A stretch of DNA of 34,909 bases from an uncultured Chthonomonadaceae bacterium (GCA_963835065.1 CAWIEK010000047.1:1-34909); one strand, 5' to 3'. Positions 1 through 10,894 are shown, counted from the first letter of the stretch. Numbers and translations: made by a program. The notes: generated by a model from the sequence alone, not told the origin.

Positions 1-2086
1 GACGACTCCTGCCGTATCGGGTTTGATAATGTGCGAAGTTGTCGGCATCATGGCGCGCAGTTGCTCTTGTTCGCGTCGTTCTTCATTGTTAAGCGTACCG
101 TCCAATTCCTTAAAGTTTAATTCAGCTAGCCGGTCCAACTTCTGTTCACCTTCCTCGGAGCGTCCAACTTCGTTGCCGAATGCACCTGTGCTGTAAGCAT
201 CCAGAATATTGCCGTAAAGCAGTCGGTTTAGCTCCTCCCCGCAAATCATTTGCCCCTGTTCATCCGTTCCCGGCGTCGGCAACTTGAAAACCGTGCCATG
301 TGTCGCGGCTTGACAGACGAGCGGGCTGTGTGTCGTGACAATGAATTGCATATTCGGAAAATGCTTACGAAACCACACGCCAATACGTCTTTGCCATGTT
401 GAGTGCAGGTGCGCGTCCACTTCGTCAATCAGCACCACGCCTGGCACGACAATCTTTGTCTGCCCGGCAGGATCAAAAACCCTGTCGGAGCCGTAGCAGG
501 CGATCAACTGTCGTATCAAATCAAGCGTCATGCTTAACACCGAACGATACCCGTTGCTGAGTTCTTCGGCGGGAATGGGCAAGTCGTTGCCGTCCACAAA
601 TTCCACGCCTTTAGAAGAAACGCTTTTCAAGCACACGCCAAACGGCAGAAAATCATCCTGATTGACAAAGGCTTTCACCAAATCAAGCAATCGGCCTTCC
701 GGTTCCTCTTCCAGTTGCTTGAAGCGCAGTTCGCGCAGCCACCTCAAACCTTCCGACAATCCAATATTCTCGTCAAATGCTGACGAACCCAAATCAGAGA
801 CAATCGACTTCCCGTTTCGAGTTGCTTGCGGGTAAAATGCAAGCGCCAACCCACATTAAATTGCCTGAGGAACCTGAAACAGCCTTGTCAAAATGCCTGA
901 CGCCAGTTTGCATTCGTTTCAACAACTTCTTCATTCATGCCTTTGTTTTTGCCTGAAAGTGCCGGGAAAAACGCCTTGCAGCGGCTGGAACGCTTCCGGA
1001 ACAAAGCCCCATGCAAGTTGTGCGGCGAGGTTCTCTTGTGCCTGCCTTCCTCCTGTAAGGTGGCTTTTGTATGCGGACCGGGATGGTATGGCAGCGTGGA
1101 GTTGTTTGATGGTCTGCACAAGGTGTAGCTTCGCATGAAGAAGGACAGTCTGGTGCAAGATGGCAAATGGCCGCCACGTTATTCCAGATACACGAAATCC
1201 CGCTCCACCGGGGCACGGTCAACTTTGAGGATGCGGTTCCTAGGATCTGGCTTTGCTCAATGACGAAGAACGACCTCAGGACTTGCTGGCGAACTTGCCC
1301 GTTGGCAAGGACAACCTCAACTCTAAACGCAAAGCGCAGGCGCGTTTCGCGCCAAAGACCGCAAGGCAGGCGTTAATTCAGTTTGTCCTGCGCTCCTGCG
1401 GGGTGTTTGCTCGCAGAGAAGACGTTTCCGCCTCCAGCTCATCTTCCGTTTGTCAACTTAAATTGTGTGTGAGCGGCTTCGTCAGCTTCGTCAAATGTTG
1501 TTAAATGCCGCGCAAGCTTTGGATCGGTCTCAAGAACTTCCTCGTAACCTTTGTTTTCACCTGAAAACCGACGAAATGGCCCATACGATGCGCTGAACCA
1601 ACCCTGAACATCTCCCCATAGAAAGTTGTCAGGATCGTATTTGCCATCACCTGTTTTCCTGCCAAGCACAACTTTCTTACCGCGACGGCGAAGAGTGACA
1701 AGAGCCGAAGGATATTCGTACAGTCTATCTTCCATTTTGCGAACCACTTGCGTATGCTCTTAACTCATAGTAGACGCGATTTGTGCGTGGGCATCAAAAA
1801 TAGGGTCGTCTTGTTCCGCGTAATCCCATGCTTTATCACGAACAAGATTGAGTTTTACCTGCCCCTGTTCTTCGCCGGATCGCAGCCAGTGGCTCCAATC
1901 CAAACGCAAGCCCCACGCGCGTTCGTAACCAACAAGAGCCAGAGCTAGAGAACGGACAAAGGCGGTTTTGCCTGCGCCATTTTCGCCGAGAATGACGTGC
2001 CAGCCTGCCGCCTGCTCTTCTTGAATCTGCCAGGTTAGGTTAGCGATGGAGCGCACATTGGTTATGGTCGCGGTTTTGATGTACAT
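1..2086 (-). pseudogene. AAA_21/ABC-type ATPase (PtuA-like), disrupted; 3' end runs off the window
   Basis: Walker A ILGENGAGKT near the start. In-frame TAA at 1760-1762. A 718-bp insertion splits ...ARHLTTFDE|NIGLSEGLRWL.... The distal part (769..1) has signature LSNGYRS, Walker B VLIDEVDAHLH and the H-loop IVTTHSP. Confidence 0.85.
780..1487. mobile_element. Degenerate IS4-family-like remnant / non-autonomous element inside the ATPase gene
   Basis: Flanking direct repeat TCGTCAAATG (770-779, 1488-1497). Imperfect terminal inverted repeats gCTGACGAAcCCaaaTCAgAgACAAT vs gCTGACGAAgCCgcTCAcAcACAAT, similar to IS10-type CTGATGAA ends. No intact transposase; only a weak 'LLYADR' fragment. Confidence 0.7.
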
Positions 2087-2348
2087 GGTCTTGCTTGTTT
2101 TGGATGGGAAGCGTACAGTTTGTTACCAGAGTGACGTATCGGCTGGTAATACGTTTCTTTAGTTGTTAATTCTCCGTGCCGCGCCGTTGTCCCTGCCTGT
2201 TTTATGGGAGCGGGCGGAAAAGTTTGGGAACGCTATTGACGGCGGAACGTCCATTGTCGTAGAAAGCCATAGATAACTGAGGGCGCGTTCTTGACACGCG
2301 ATTGAATCTTTCTTGAAGCGCGGTTGAGTGTTCTGGAGGAAACCGATT

Positions 2349-3524
2349 ATGCCATGCGAATTTACCACGCGGCGCGAACTGCTGCGGAATATGGGGTTGG
2401 CTGCGGCGACAGCAACGTTGGGCGGGATTTGGACGGAAGCGGACGCGCAGGAAAAGGCGATTGCCGCGCCATCCATGCCCGTCGCGCTGGCGCGTTGTGA
2501 AACCTACGACATGCCCGCTGTCACGGCGCGGCTGCAAACCCTGCTGGATCAAACAGGCGGCGCGAAGAAACTGGCGTCCGGGAAAACGGTTGCCATTAAA
2601 GTGAACTTGACCGGCAGCCCGATGAACCGTTTCGGAAATCTGCCCGCGTCCCGCACTTTTCACATTCACCCGAATGTCGCGCTTGCTCTTGCCACCTTGC
2701 TGGACAAGGCGGGCGCAAAACGGATTCGGTTTGTGGAAGGAACCTACAGTACGCAGCCGATGGAGCAAACCCTGCGAAATCTCGGCTGGGATTTGGCGGC
2801 GTTTGCCGCTCTTCACGCGCCCGTTGAGTTTGAAGATACCCGCAATCGCGGCCCCAAACCCTACGCGCTGCTGAAAGTGCCGGGTGGCGGCGATCTGTTC
2901 CCCGCCTACCAACTCAACCATTCTTATGTGGACTGCGACACGTACATCTCGCTCGCCAAACTGAAAAACCATGCCACTGCGGGCGTCACGCTGTCCATGA
3001 AAAACAACTTCGGCATCACGCCCACTGCGCTGTACGGACAGCATGATCCCAACGAAAACAGCACGTCGGCCAGGGTAGACCTTTTCCATCAGGGCAAGGA
3101 CAAGCCCGCTGCCGGACTGCCGCAGGAAGTGGACCCAACCGGCCCGCGCGTCCCAAGCTACCGCGTTCCGCGCCACGTCATGGACGCCATTCGCATCCGC
3201 CCCATTGATTTCGCCGTGATTGACGGCATCGAAACGGTTTCCGGCGGCGAAGGTCCGTGGCTGCGCGAACTGGCCGCCTTGCAGCCGCATCTGCTCATCG
3301 CCGGACGCAACCCCGTCTGTACGGACACTATTGCCACCGTCTGCATGGGCTACGACCCACAAGCCGCTTCTGCCACCGGCCCGTTCCCCGGCGACAACCA
3401 TCTCGCAATGGCGGCCAAACACGGATTGGGCACGAACGATCCCAAGCGCATCGAAGTCGTCGGCCTGACCGTCACGCAGGCGCGGCATCCGTTTAACTGG
3501 GAACCCAAGCAGCGCCATACGTAA
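2349..3524 (+). CDS. DUF362 domain protein with Tat-type signal peptide
   Basis: GGAGG RBS before ATG 2349. TTRRELL twin-arginine motif. DUF362-type motifs VAIKVNL, ISLAKLKNH, GVTLSMKNNFG, VIDGI and GRNPVCTD. Confidence 0.85.
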   Translation: MPCEFTTRRELLRNMGLAAATATLGGIWTEADAQEKAIAAPSMPVALARCETYDMPAVTARLQTLLDQTGGAKKLASGKTVAIKVNLTGSPMNRFGNLPASRTFHIHPNVALALATLLDKAGAKRIRFVEGTYSTQPMEQTLRNLGWDLAAFAALHAPVEFEDTRNRGPKPYALLKVPGGGDLFPAYQLNHSYVDCDTYISLAKLKNHATAGVTLSMKNNFGITPTALYGQHDPNENSTSARVDLFHQGKDKPAAGLPQEVDPTGPRVPSYRVPRHVMDAIRIRPIDFAVIDGIETVSGGEGPWLRELAALQPHLLIAGRNPVCTDTIATVCMGYDPQAASATGPFPGDNHLAMAAKHGLGTNDPKRIEVVGLTVTQARHPFNWEPKQRHT

Positions 3525-3555
3525 ATACGTAAAGAGGATGGGGACGAATACGTAC

Positions 3556-3677
3556 TCACCACAGAGGCACAGAGACACAGAGGGGTCACAGAGAAAAAAT
3601 AAGAGGAGACGATGCAATTCTCTTCTTTTCTTTCACTACCTCTGTGGCCCCTCTGTGTCTCTGTGCCTCTGTGGTGA
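3556..3677. repeat. 38-bp inverted repeat (CACAGAG-unit family) between convergent genes; probable bidirectional terminator / REP-like element
   Basis: TCACCACAGAGGCACAGAGACACAGAGGGGTCACAGAG (3556-3593) and its reverse complement (3640-3677), one mismatch. The right arm encodes the GH43 C-terminus SPQRHRDTEGPQR. Confidence 0.85.
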
Positions 3678-4763
3678 AGGCGCATCAGCATCTACGGGTT
3701 CGCCGGGTTCGGGCCAGGCGTCGCGGGTCCACGCAAGCGGGCGGATTTGAAGCGTGGGGCGTCCGTTCTGGCTGCCGTCGTAGAAGTGGTAGGCGAGGTA
3801 GTCGGTTCCCGCGTCGTGGAGGATCGCGCAGTGGCCGGGGCCGATGACATTGCCCTGCGTGGCGAGTACGGGCGTTCCGCCGCCGTCGAGCATAGCCTTG
3901 CCGTCGCGGTCCAGGTACGGCCCTTCCACTTTTGTCGCGCGTCCGACGCGGATGTTGTAGGTGCTGTTGACGCCCCGGCAGCAGAAATCGAAGGACACGA
4001 ACAGATAAAAGTATTCGCCGCGCTTGATGAGGAAGGGCGCTTCGAGGGCATCGGGGGTGGGGCGGCGGGCAAGGGCGATTATGCTGTATGGGCCGGCAGG
4101 GATTGGTTTATTCGCGGCTGAATTATCAGCCGTTGCGTTGTCAGCGGTTTGCTGAACGGCTTTCGGGAAGGGCTTGCCGGTATGCGCGTCCAGATACATC
4201 AATTTGATGCCCGACCAGAACGAGCCGAACGTGAGCGCGAGTTTATCTTTCGACAGGGGCAGGATGTTGGGGTCAATGGCGTTGTAATCGTCCTGCTGCG
4301 TGGATTCACAGACTTTGCCTTCATCTACCCATTGATACTCTTTGCCTGCCGGATCAAGCGTTTTGTTGGAAGCGGTTCCGATCAGCGAATGGTTTTTGCC
4401 GAATGTGGACACAGTGTAGTATAGGTGAAAGCGCCCGTTGAAAAAACTGATGTCGGGCGCCCATATGCCCCGGCTGTCCGGCAGTTCCGTTTTGGCCCAT
4501 GCGGGAACACTCTCTGTAAACACGCGCCCGGCAAACTCCCACTGCTTCAGGTCTTTGGAACGCCGAAACGGGATGCCCGGCCCGGTGGCGTACACATAGT
4601 AGTACGCCCCGTCTTTGATGATGCACGGGTCATGTACAAATTGAGCCGAGTTGTTCGGCGCAGGCGGGTTGCCCGCGCCGTTTTGCGGCAATGGCGCAGG
4701 CATCGGCGCTTGCAGCAAAGGGAACAAGAGAACACAAACCAAAACTGGGATGGGTTTGTTCAT
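3636..4763 (-). CDS. GH43 arabinan endo-1,5-alpha-L-arabinosidase, secreted
   Basis: Signal peptide; VHDPCII, IWAPDI, YNAIDPN, FGSFWSGI, LEAPF and GPGHCA motifs of GH43 endo-arabinanases. Confidence 0.92.
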   Translation of the reverse strand: MNKPIPVLVCVLLFPLLQAPMPAPLPQNGAGNPPAPNNSAQFVHDPCIIKDGAYYYVYATGPGIPFRRSKDLKQWEFAGRVFTESVPAWAKTELPDSRGIWAPDISFFNGRFHLYYTVSTFGKNHSLIGTASNKTLDPAGKEYQWVDEGKVCESTQQDDYNAIDPNILPLSKDKLALTFGSFWSGIKLMYLDAHTGKPFPKAVQQTADNATADNSAANKPIPAGPYSIIALARRPTPDALEAPFLIKRGEYFYLFVSFDFCCRGVNSTYNIRVGRATKVEGPYLDRDGKAMLDGGGTPVLATQGNVIGPGHCAILHDAGTDYLAYHFYDGSQNGRPTLQIRPLAWTRDAWPEPGEPVDADAPSPQRHRDTEGPQR

Positions 4764-4865
4764 GCGCGCGTTTCTCCTGCTGACTGAGGAGCCACCAGAG
4801 CCGCTAAAACCTGGCTACCCCGGAGCCTTCTTCCTTTCGTTCTTTCACTCGCGTCAATTTCACTA

Positions 4866-6072
4866 ACGAGTTGTGCTAGTTTTCAGTGTACATGTTTGTC
4901 TACATGGTTTCTGTGCTGTATTCACACGGCATAGCGCGTGACGTTCATGGGAGACAGTCCTTCAGTACGTCATTGAAGTAGCGCGCCAGCGTAAAACGCG
5001 GTTGCACTTCGCCTGAGTGCGGCGATAGAGGCCGATGTCGGTTCGCACCAGCAGATGGCTGAATGCTCATGTTTTCCGTTAAGACGCTGATCACGCCTTC
5101 AATGGGTTATTATAGCAGTTCCTGTTGAGGATGTGCTGGAAAAACGGCATTTCGCGGTCTTTGTAGTGGCGCTGAGCGTACCAGCAGGGTCAGAGTTGAG
5201 CAGGCTTTTGGCCGCTTAGCTTGAGCGCTTTGCTGACAAAGCCTTTGTCCATGAGCCATTCCTGCCCGCTCAGATCGCGTCCTTGAGTCCTGGCACTCGT
5301 CGAGATAACCGTGCGATGCAAATCCGCATCGTGAAGGTAGCCTGGCGCTAAGGAACAGATCGTCAATGTAGCCGTTTATAACGTTAATAGCAAGCCGCGG
5401 ATGTCAGGCTCAAAGTAGTATTCACTGCTTGCTGCTGTTGAAGCTTTCGAAGACTGCTGCCGGAGATGGGCTGCGTAGACTGCCGTATGCGACTAACAGG
5501 CGCACAGCGGCATGGCAAGGAAAGCTGGTATCAGACGCAAATAGGATGAAGATCTTCGCCCGTCCAACTCACAGTACTGGCGCTTGGAGAATAGCCGCAA
5601 CAGTTCGCGGAGCATGGTTGTGCTCGCCGACAGAAGCTGGTTTGCTACTTCGTGAGCAGATGCGGCCAAACAAGGTGCGATGGTTGGCATGCGCACGTGT
5701 CGCAGCACAAGCAAGCGTTCATCGGCGCACGCTGACACAACTCGCCGACGAGCATGACGGTCAGCACTTCACTGTCGGCAAACTCGTTTTCGGTGGGGCC
5801 ACGCCGCTTGCGGGCGCTGATAAGAACTGCCGAAGCGAGCGTGCATCCACTCAAGCGTCCTACGAGACAATACACGACTAAGAACAGATCGGTACGGCTG
5901 AAATCGTGCCATAATGAAGGAATGGCAGGCGTGAATAAACATGGGGGTTTCCTGAAAAGTTGGCGCTTGACAAGAGACACGTTGTATATTTACTCTGCCG
6001 TCTCCTCCTTAAGAAGATCTCACTGCGCATATACGTTGACATGGCACTACACTAAAAACTAGCACAACTCGT
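4866..6072 (-). mobile_element. IS982-family element with decayed transposase
   Basis: 25-bp TIR ACGAGTTGTGCTAGTTTT(C/T)AGTGTA (4866-4890 / 6048-6072). Flanking direct repeat TCACTA (4860-4865, 6073-6078). Transposase fragments FLVVYCLV...RRGP..FADSEVLTV, WLMDKGFVS and PIEGVISVL lie in different frames with stops. Confidence 0.88.
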
Positions 6073-6083
6073 TCACTATTAAA

Positions 6084-6250
6084 ACCCAAGTTGCTACCTA
6101 ACCTGTGATGGCAAATGCCAGCACGGTGAGGAACACCTTCAACTCAAAGCCGCGCGGCGTGACCCTATGGATGCACTTGGCAAAGCGCAGTCGGTATGCG
6201 CTTCACAATATAGTGGCTGACTGGTCATGCGCTAAGGTAGCAATTTGGGT
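6084..6250 (-). mobile_element. 167-bp internally deleted IS982 derivative (MITE-like)
   Basis: 16-bp TIR ACCCAA(G/A)TTGCTACCT at both ends. Flanks TATTAAA / TATTATA. The interior encodes an IS982 transposase C-terminus FAKCIHRVTPRGFELKVFLTVLAFAITG*. Confidence 0.85.
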
Positions 6251-6252
6251 TA

Positions 6253-8686
6253 TTATAGCATTCCTTTGCGCTTGCGGATGAGCCATTCTAAGGTGAGGGG
6301 CGCGAGGAACAGGGCGAGGAAGAGCGGGATATGCTTGACGACGGGCGCGTTCCAAAGCGGCTTGTCCCACAGTTCGTATTCCTGTTCGCTGCGCACTTCG
6401 AGCGGGTTGTAGGGAAGCGATTTGATCCAGTCGGCCATACGGTCGGGCGGGTAGAGTTTGCCGCCGCCCGACGACGCGATTTTGCGCAGGGTGGCCTCGT
6501 CCAGTTCCGGCTTTTGCTTTTCCAGCGCCAGCGACTCCACAACGAACGCCGCGCCCGCTTTGGCGGACGGGTTGACGGGGGAAATCACGCCTGCGGTGAA
6601 TTTACCGACGCGCTCCGGCTGGTACAAAGCCGTGTACAAACCCGGCGAACCCGGCGTAGCCTGCAAGACCACTTTCTGCTGCTGTCCGCCCTCCGTTGTG
6701 ATCGTGGCCGTGACGCTGTTGACCTTGATAGGATGGTAATAGGCGTCCAGCAGGCGGGCGTTCAGGGCGACGCGCTCACCCAAACGGTAATTACTTCTGT
6801 CGGCGTTGAGTTGGACAAAGCGGCTGTTGCCGGGGAGTTCTTTGGGCGTCAGTGAGCGGAAGACCTGCCCCCAATAACGATAGAAATAACGGTCTCCCAC
6901 GCGCCAGCGCCAGCGCCATGTGCTGTCTACCAGTTCCAGAAAGCATTTGCCCGCGCCGAACGGCTGCGTCAGCACGAGGGGATACGGACCGTCCGCGTTG
7001 CGCCGGGTGGGGTGGGTGGCAAGCACGGTCGCGCCGGGTTTGGCGCGGGGTACGCCCGCCGCCCAGAACATGCCCGGCAGCATCGTTTCCCAAACATGCG
7101 CGTTCAGGGTCGCGTCGTCTTCGATTTGCGTGATCGGGCTGCGCTTGCCTTCGGGCGTTAATTGCCACTTGAATTCATCGTCCGTGAGTACCGGGTCGGG
7201 CGTGGGGCTGATGACGGCGGGCAGTACGGCTTCTAAGGGGGTTCCGGCAAACTCGTGCGGCATGTGCTGTTCGCCCGCAATCACGAGCAGGCTTGCGCCC
7301 CGGTCTTCCACAAAGCGGCGAATGGCGTCCAACTGCGCCTGCGAAAAGTAGGAACGGGGCACGTCGCCTAAGACGATAATGTCGTACTCGAAGAGGGTTT
7401 TTTCGTCACTTGGAAAGGCTTTGATGGGGATGTTGCCTTCGCCGCCCTCGTTCACATCGTCGCCGGACAGCAGCAGACAGGCGAAATCCAGACTGGTATC
7501 GCGCAGAATGGCGTTGCGCAGATAGCGATACTCGTAGCGCGGCTCACCCTCCACGTACAGCACTTTTAATTTTTTGTCTATGACCGTCTGCACGAACGAG
7601 CGCTTGTTGTTGGCAAGCGTCACTTCGCCGGGCTGCGCGGCTGCCGTCACGGTATACACAAAGCGCCCGGCATGATCCGGCGTATAGGTGAAATGGACTT
7701 CCTGCTTCTGCTCGTCCGCGCCCAGGATCAGGTTTTGGCGCTGCACTTCCACGCCGTCGCGCTGCAAAACAACCGCAAGCGAACGCCCCTTATAACCCCG
7801 GTGCGAAACCGCCGCGTAAACCGTAACGGTGTTGTTGACGCGCACGACATCATCGGCCAGAACCGACAGCAGGGCAACGTCTTTGGTTTTGGTCGGGTCG
7901 CCGATGCCCATTGTGCTGACGGGTACATGCGATTGGCGGGCGCTGTCGGCTGCGGCAGTCGGGTCTTCACCCAAGTTGTTGCCGCCGTCGCTGATGAGCA
8001 ACATGCCGGCAACGGGCTGACCAGACATATCCTCCAGAGCGCGGCGCAGTCCCACGCCCAACTGCGTTGAATCGCCGGTTTTCGGATCGGGCTGTAACGC
8101 GAACTGGTACGCGCTGCGCTTTTTGGCGTCGGCAGGCAGGGTTATCTGGCGGGCAACGCTGTCCACCGTGTACACCCGCACATTGTACTTTTTGCTCAGT
8201 TCTTCCAGTACATGCGATTTGTTTAGAATTGCGCTTGCCCGTTCCAGGCGGGTCATGCTCGCGAACGCGGTCTGTGGACACGCCCGCGCCCGCCGCTTCC
8301 AAGCCGGCGCGGGATGAGGGCAGTTTGGGATCGGGAACCGCCACGCTTGCGGAATTGTCCACGATGATCGCCACACTGGGGCGAACCGCATCCGTTTTTT
8401 GCAGGCGCGTGGTCGGCTGCGTCAGGACGATCAGCAGCATGGCAATGGCGAAGCAGCGCAGGCCGACAAGGGGCGCTTTCACCCACCACGAGGGGCGCGA
8501 TCCGTCCATGTAATAGAAAATGGTGAACCAGACCAGGGCGCCGAGCAGAACGCCGATGACCAAAGCCCAGGGCAGGGGCGTGGCGGGCGTGATGTGGCCG
8601 GCGGTGATGTTCTGCTGTCCGAGCAGGCGCAGCAGCCACGCGGGCAAACGCGCAATATCTATATCGTAGCGCATCATTGACATCAT
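6253..8686 (-). CDS. Membrane-anchored vWA + glutamine-amidotransferase-like domain protein, one frameshift near 8260
   Basis: N-terminal TM helices and MIDAS-like IIVDNSASV in ORF 7967-8686. Continues in another frame as SMTRLERA...LLISDGGNN...VLYVEGEPRYEYRYL...TWRWR, ending in a TM segment + LEWLIRKRKGML. Confidence 0.85.
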
Positions 8687-8688
8687 GA

Positions 8689-9051
8689 TTAACTGCCGCC
8701 TTCCGAAAAATCACCGAAAAAGGATTGCAGCCGATCCGAAAGATGCTGCTCGATAGTAAAAAACGACATTTCAAAGGCCATCAGCCACAGCATAATCAAA
8801 GCCTCGTCGGAAGGGCGTTCCAGAACGCGCGTGAAAAAATCTTTGAGGATTTCTTCATACGTGGTTTTGGTTTCATTGAGTTCGATACGCCCGCGCGGCG
8901 ACGAATCAAAGAGTTCATCCTGATAAGTATCCATAAAGTGGCGCACGTTGGCGGGCGTCGCTTTTTCCAGGTTGCGCCCGAACTCGCGCTGAACCTTAAA
9001 GCGAAACTCTTCCAGCCTGGACCGCTCGCCTTTGAATTCATCCTCGCTCAT
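8689..9051 (-). CDS. Hypothetical protein, first gene of the vWA operon
   Basis: Protein-like acidic/helical ORF ending 2 bp before the next start. ATG 9051 has an AGGAG upstream; alternative start 9069. Confidence 0.75.
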   Translation of the reverse strand: MSEDEFKGERSRLEEFRFKVQREFGRNLEKATPANVRHFMDTYQDELFDSSPRGRIELNETKTTYEEILKDFFTRVLERPSDEALIMLWLMAFEMSFFTIEQHLSDRLQSFFGDFSEGGS

Positions 9052-9088
9052 AACTGCCCCGCTCCTCATGAACCGCTGTCTGTATTAT

Positions 9089-9119
9089 AGTATTCTACGC
9101 GCATCCCGCCGCTTCCTGC
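9089..9119 (-). promoter_or_regulatory. SigH-like promoter
   Basis: GGCAGGAAgcggcgggatgcgcGTAGAATACT matches the AGGA-spacer-GAAT pattern; the same pattern recurs at 11759-11788. Confidence 0.5.
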
Positions 9120-9632
9120 CTCATAATGTTTTCTGTCCGGCAAGCGCCTTTGCAGAAAGCCTTTCCTGATCGGCAAGCGTATTGGGAGAGCGGCAGAAAG
9201 AGAAAACAGTATGTAGAGACAGCGTCGAAATCTTGGCAATGCAGCGCTTCCAGCCCAGTGTCTCGTTGTGTCAAATTGTAAGAAGAGGCGTCGTGACCTC
9301 CGAAGGGTTACGGCGAACGAGCATATACAGGCATCATCCTGGCACCTCCCTTCCAGGTTAGATTGTGGAGAGAACTTTTAAACTCTCCGCTTCCCGCCAC
9401 CTGACGGTTTAGTAGACGTTTGTTGCTTTTAAGACAGGAGTTGTAGAGCCAAGGTTTCGCTTTTTTCGCGTTATGCGATTCTTTTTTGTTTTTTGCGGGA
9501 TGTTTGCTGTTGGCGTCGCGTTCTTTTTTCTGCGCTCACTCCCTGTCTGATGAACAGGGTAGAGCAGCACACGGTCTACAAACATCGCAGCCGACCCTGA
9601 AGCGAACCCTATCCCATAGAGTGAGGAGAGGA

Positions 9633-9857
9633 AATAGACAGGATTAACAGGGATTAGAAGGATTAGACAGGATTATGTTTGCGGAAGAAGAGAAATTTTC
9701 TGTTTGATCCTTGTAATTCCTGTTAATCCTGCCTATTCTGTTTGCCGTTATTGTAAACCTGCGGGGTGTGAAGAAAGGATAATAGACAGGATTATTTTTG
9801 CTGACGAAGGAAGAAATCCTGTTTAATCCTATTAATCCGTGTTAATCCTGTCTATTT
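9633..9857. repeat. ACAGGATTA-unit repeat family, direct and inverted arms
   Basis: AATAGACAGGATTAACAGGGATTAGAAGGATTAGACAGGATTA and inverted copies; also at 12623-12722 and 31207-31248. Confidence 0.85.
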
Positions 9858-9876
9858 TTATGTCTGTTGTGTGGGG

Positions 9877-10170
9877 CTATGCGGGGGACGTAACGATGAC
9901 GCTGCCCCGGAACTGCGTGAGTCGGGCGCGGATGGCGGATTTTTTGATGTCGCGGTCACTTGTGGTGTTCGTGCGAATGTTATCGGCGTTCGTGACGCTG
10001 GTAACGGCGGTCATGAAAGCGGTGCGGTCGGTAGCGAGGTTGGCGACGGTGTACCCGCCAACGAGTACGAGGGCATTGGCGGGGAGGCCGAGAAACGTGT
10101 TGACTTGATTCCAGTGGTTGATAAACTCTTCGGTGGTAATGGGATAGCTGGCGACAGTGGTGATGGGCAT
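9877..10170 (-). CDS. Hypothetical helical protein, probably the truncated N-terminal part of a longer gene
   Basis: AGGAG RBS; protein-like sequence (EEFINHWNQVN...GGYTVANLATDR) that stops abruptly next to the repeat cluster. Confidence 0.6.
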   Translation of the reverse strand: MPITTVASYPITTEEFINHWNQVNTFLGLPANALVLVGGYTVANLATDRTAFMTAVTSVTNADNIRTNTTSDRDIKKSAIRARLTQFRGSVIVTSPA

Positions 10171-10427
10171 GATGCTCTCCTAGAATATAAGCGCGACGAG
10201 CGATAAAACGGGTGTGGTTCACAAGTATACAAATAGTATGCAGGCTTGCCATACGTTCTTCAAAGCGTATCGAACACTCTTCCAGGTGTTTCTTTCTGGT
10301 TTCAAGGCGTATCACACCGTTTTCGAGGCGCGTCGCAAGGCTTTTGCAGGGCGTATTACCTGTATTCGAGCAGGGCGCAGGTGATGTGTTTGTAATGTTC
10401 ATTGGTTTGTTCCAGAGCGTGATCGCT

Positions 10428-10826
10428 TTACAGGGCGTCTGTATCGGCGTCGAAAGCAAGTTCGGGGTGCGCGATGGTTTCGGTGACGGTTCGGGCGGTC
10501 TTGAGAACCTCGACGGGCAGGGGTATATCGAGCCGCGCCCCGTGTTCAATCATGTCGGCAATGGTGACGATGAGGACGCGGGGATAGTGTTTGCCCATGA
10601 GCGGGTGGGTGTAGAGTCCCATGCCGTTGGCTTCGTCGGTCATGCCTTTGGTCGGCTCTTTGAGGGTGAGGAACACGGCGAGTTCGGCGGCTTCGCGCTG
10701 TCGGTCGCTGTTGAGTTTGGCTATATCGCCCCTGCCGACGTTGCCGCTTTTGACTTGAAAGACGATCTTGGCGTTGTCGTCTTTGCCGGTGAGGAAGTAG
10801 GCGACGCCGTCAATGCCGCCGTCGCC
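10428..10826 (-). pseudogene. C-terminal Mrr-like endonuclease remnant of a DNA methylase-Mrr fusion
   Basis: Reads GDGGIDGVAYFLTGKDDNAKIVFQVKSGNVGRGDI...FLTLKEPTKGM (D..QxK Mrr motif). It is preceded by in-frame TAA codons and has no start at the domain boundary. Confidence 0.85.
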
Positions 10827-10894
10827 TTATTAGAATTAATGTTGAACTTTCTGTCATAATGTCTACCATAATCCGGTTTGAAAGGAGTTCCAAG

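Noticed and set aside
1760..1762. Stop-codon recoding in the ATPase (and TAG at 11674-11676)
   Set aside because: Both genes are independently broken by insertions, and TAA/TAG terminate normal genes elsewhere in the window.
2202..3617. Long antisense ORFs (also 19384-20322, 23246-24253, 29499-30711)
   Set aside because: Shadow frames of well-supported genes in GC-rich DNA, with no recognisable motifs.
9541..9610. CTGATGA as a hammerhead ribozyme core
   Set aside because: It is the loop of a simple CCCTGT/ACAGGG hairpin; stem II, GAAA and the three-way junction are absent.
9633..9857. ACAGGATTA repeats as a CRISPR array
   Set aside because: Units are 9-10 bp, tandem and inverted, with no unique 30-40 bp spacers and no cas genes.
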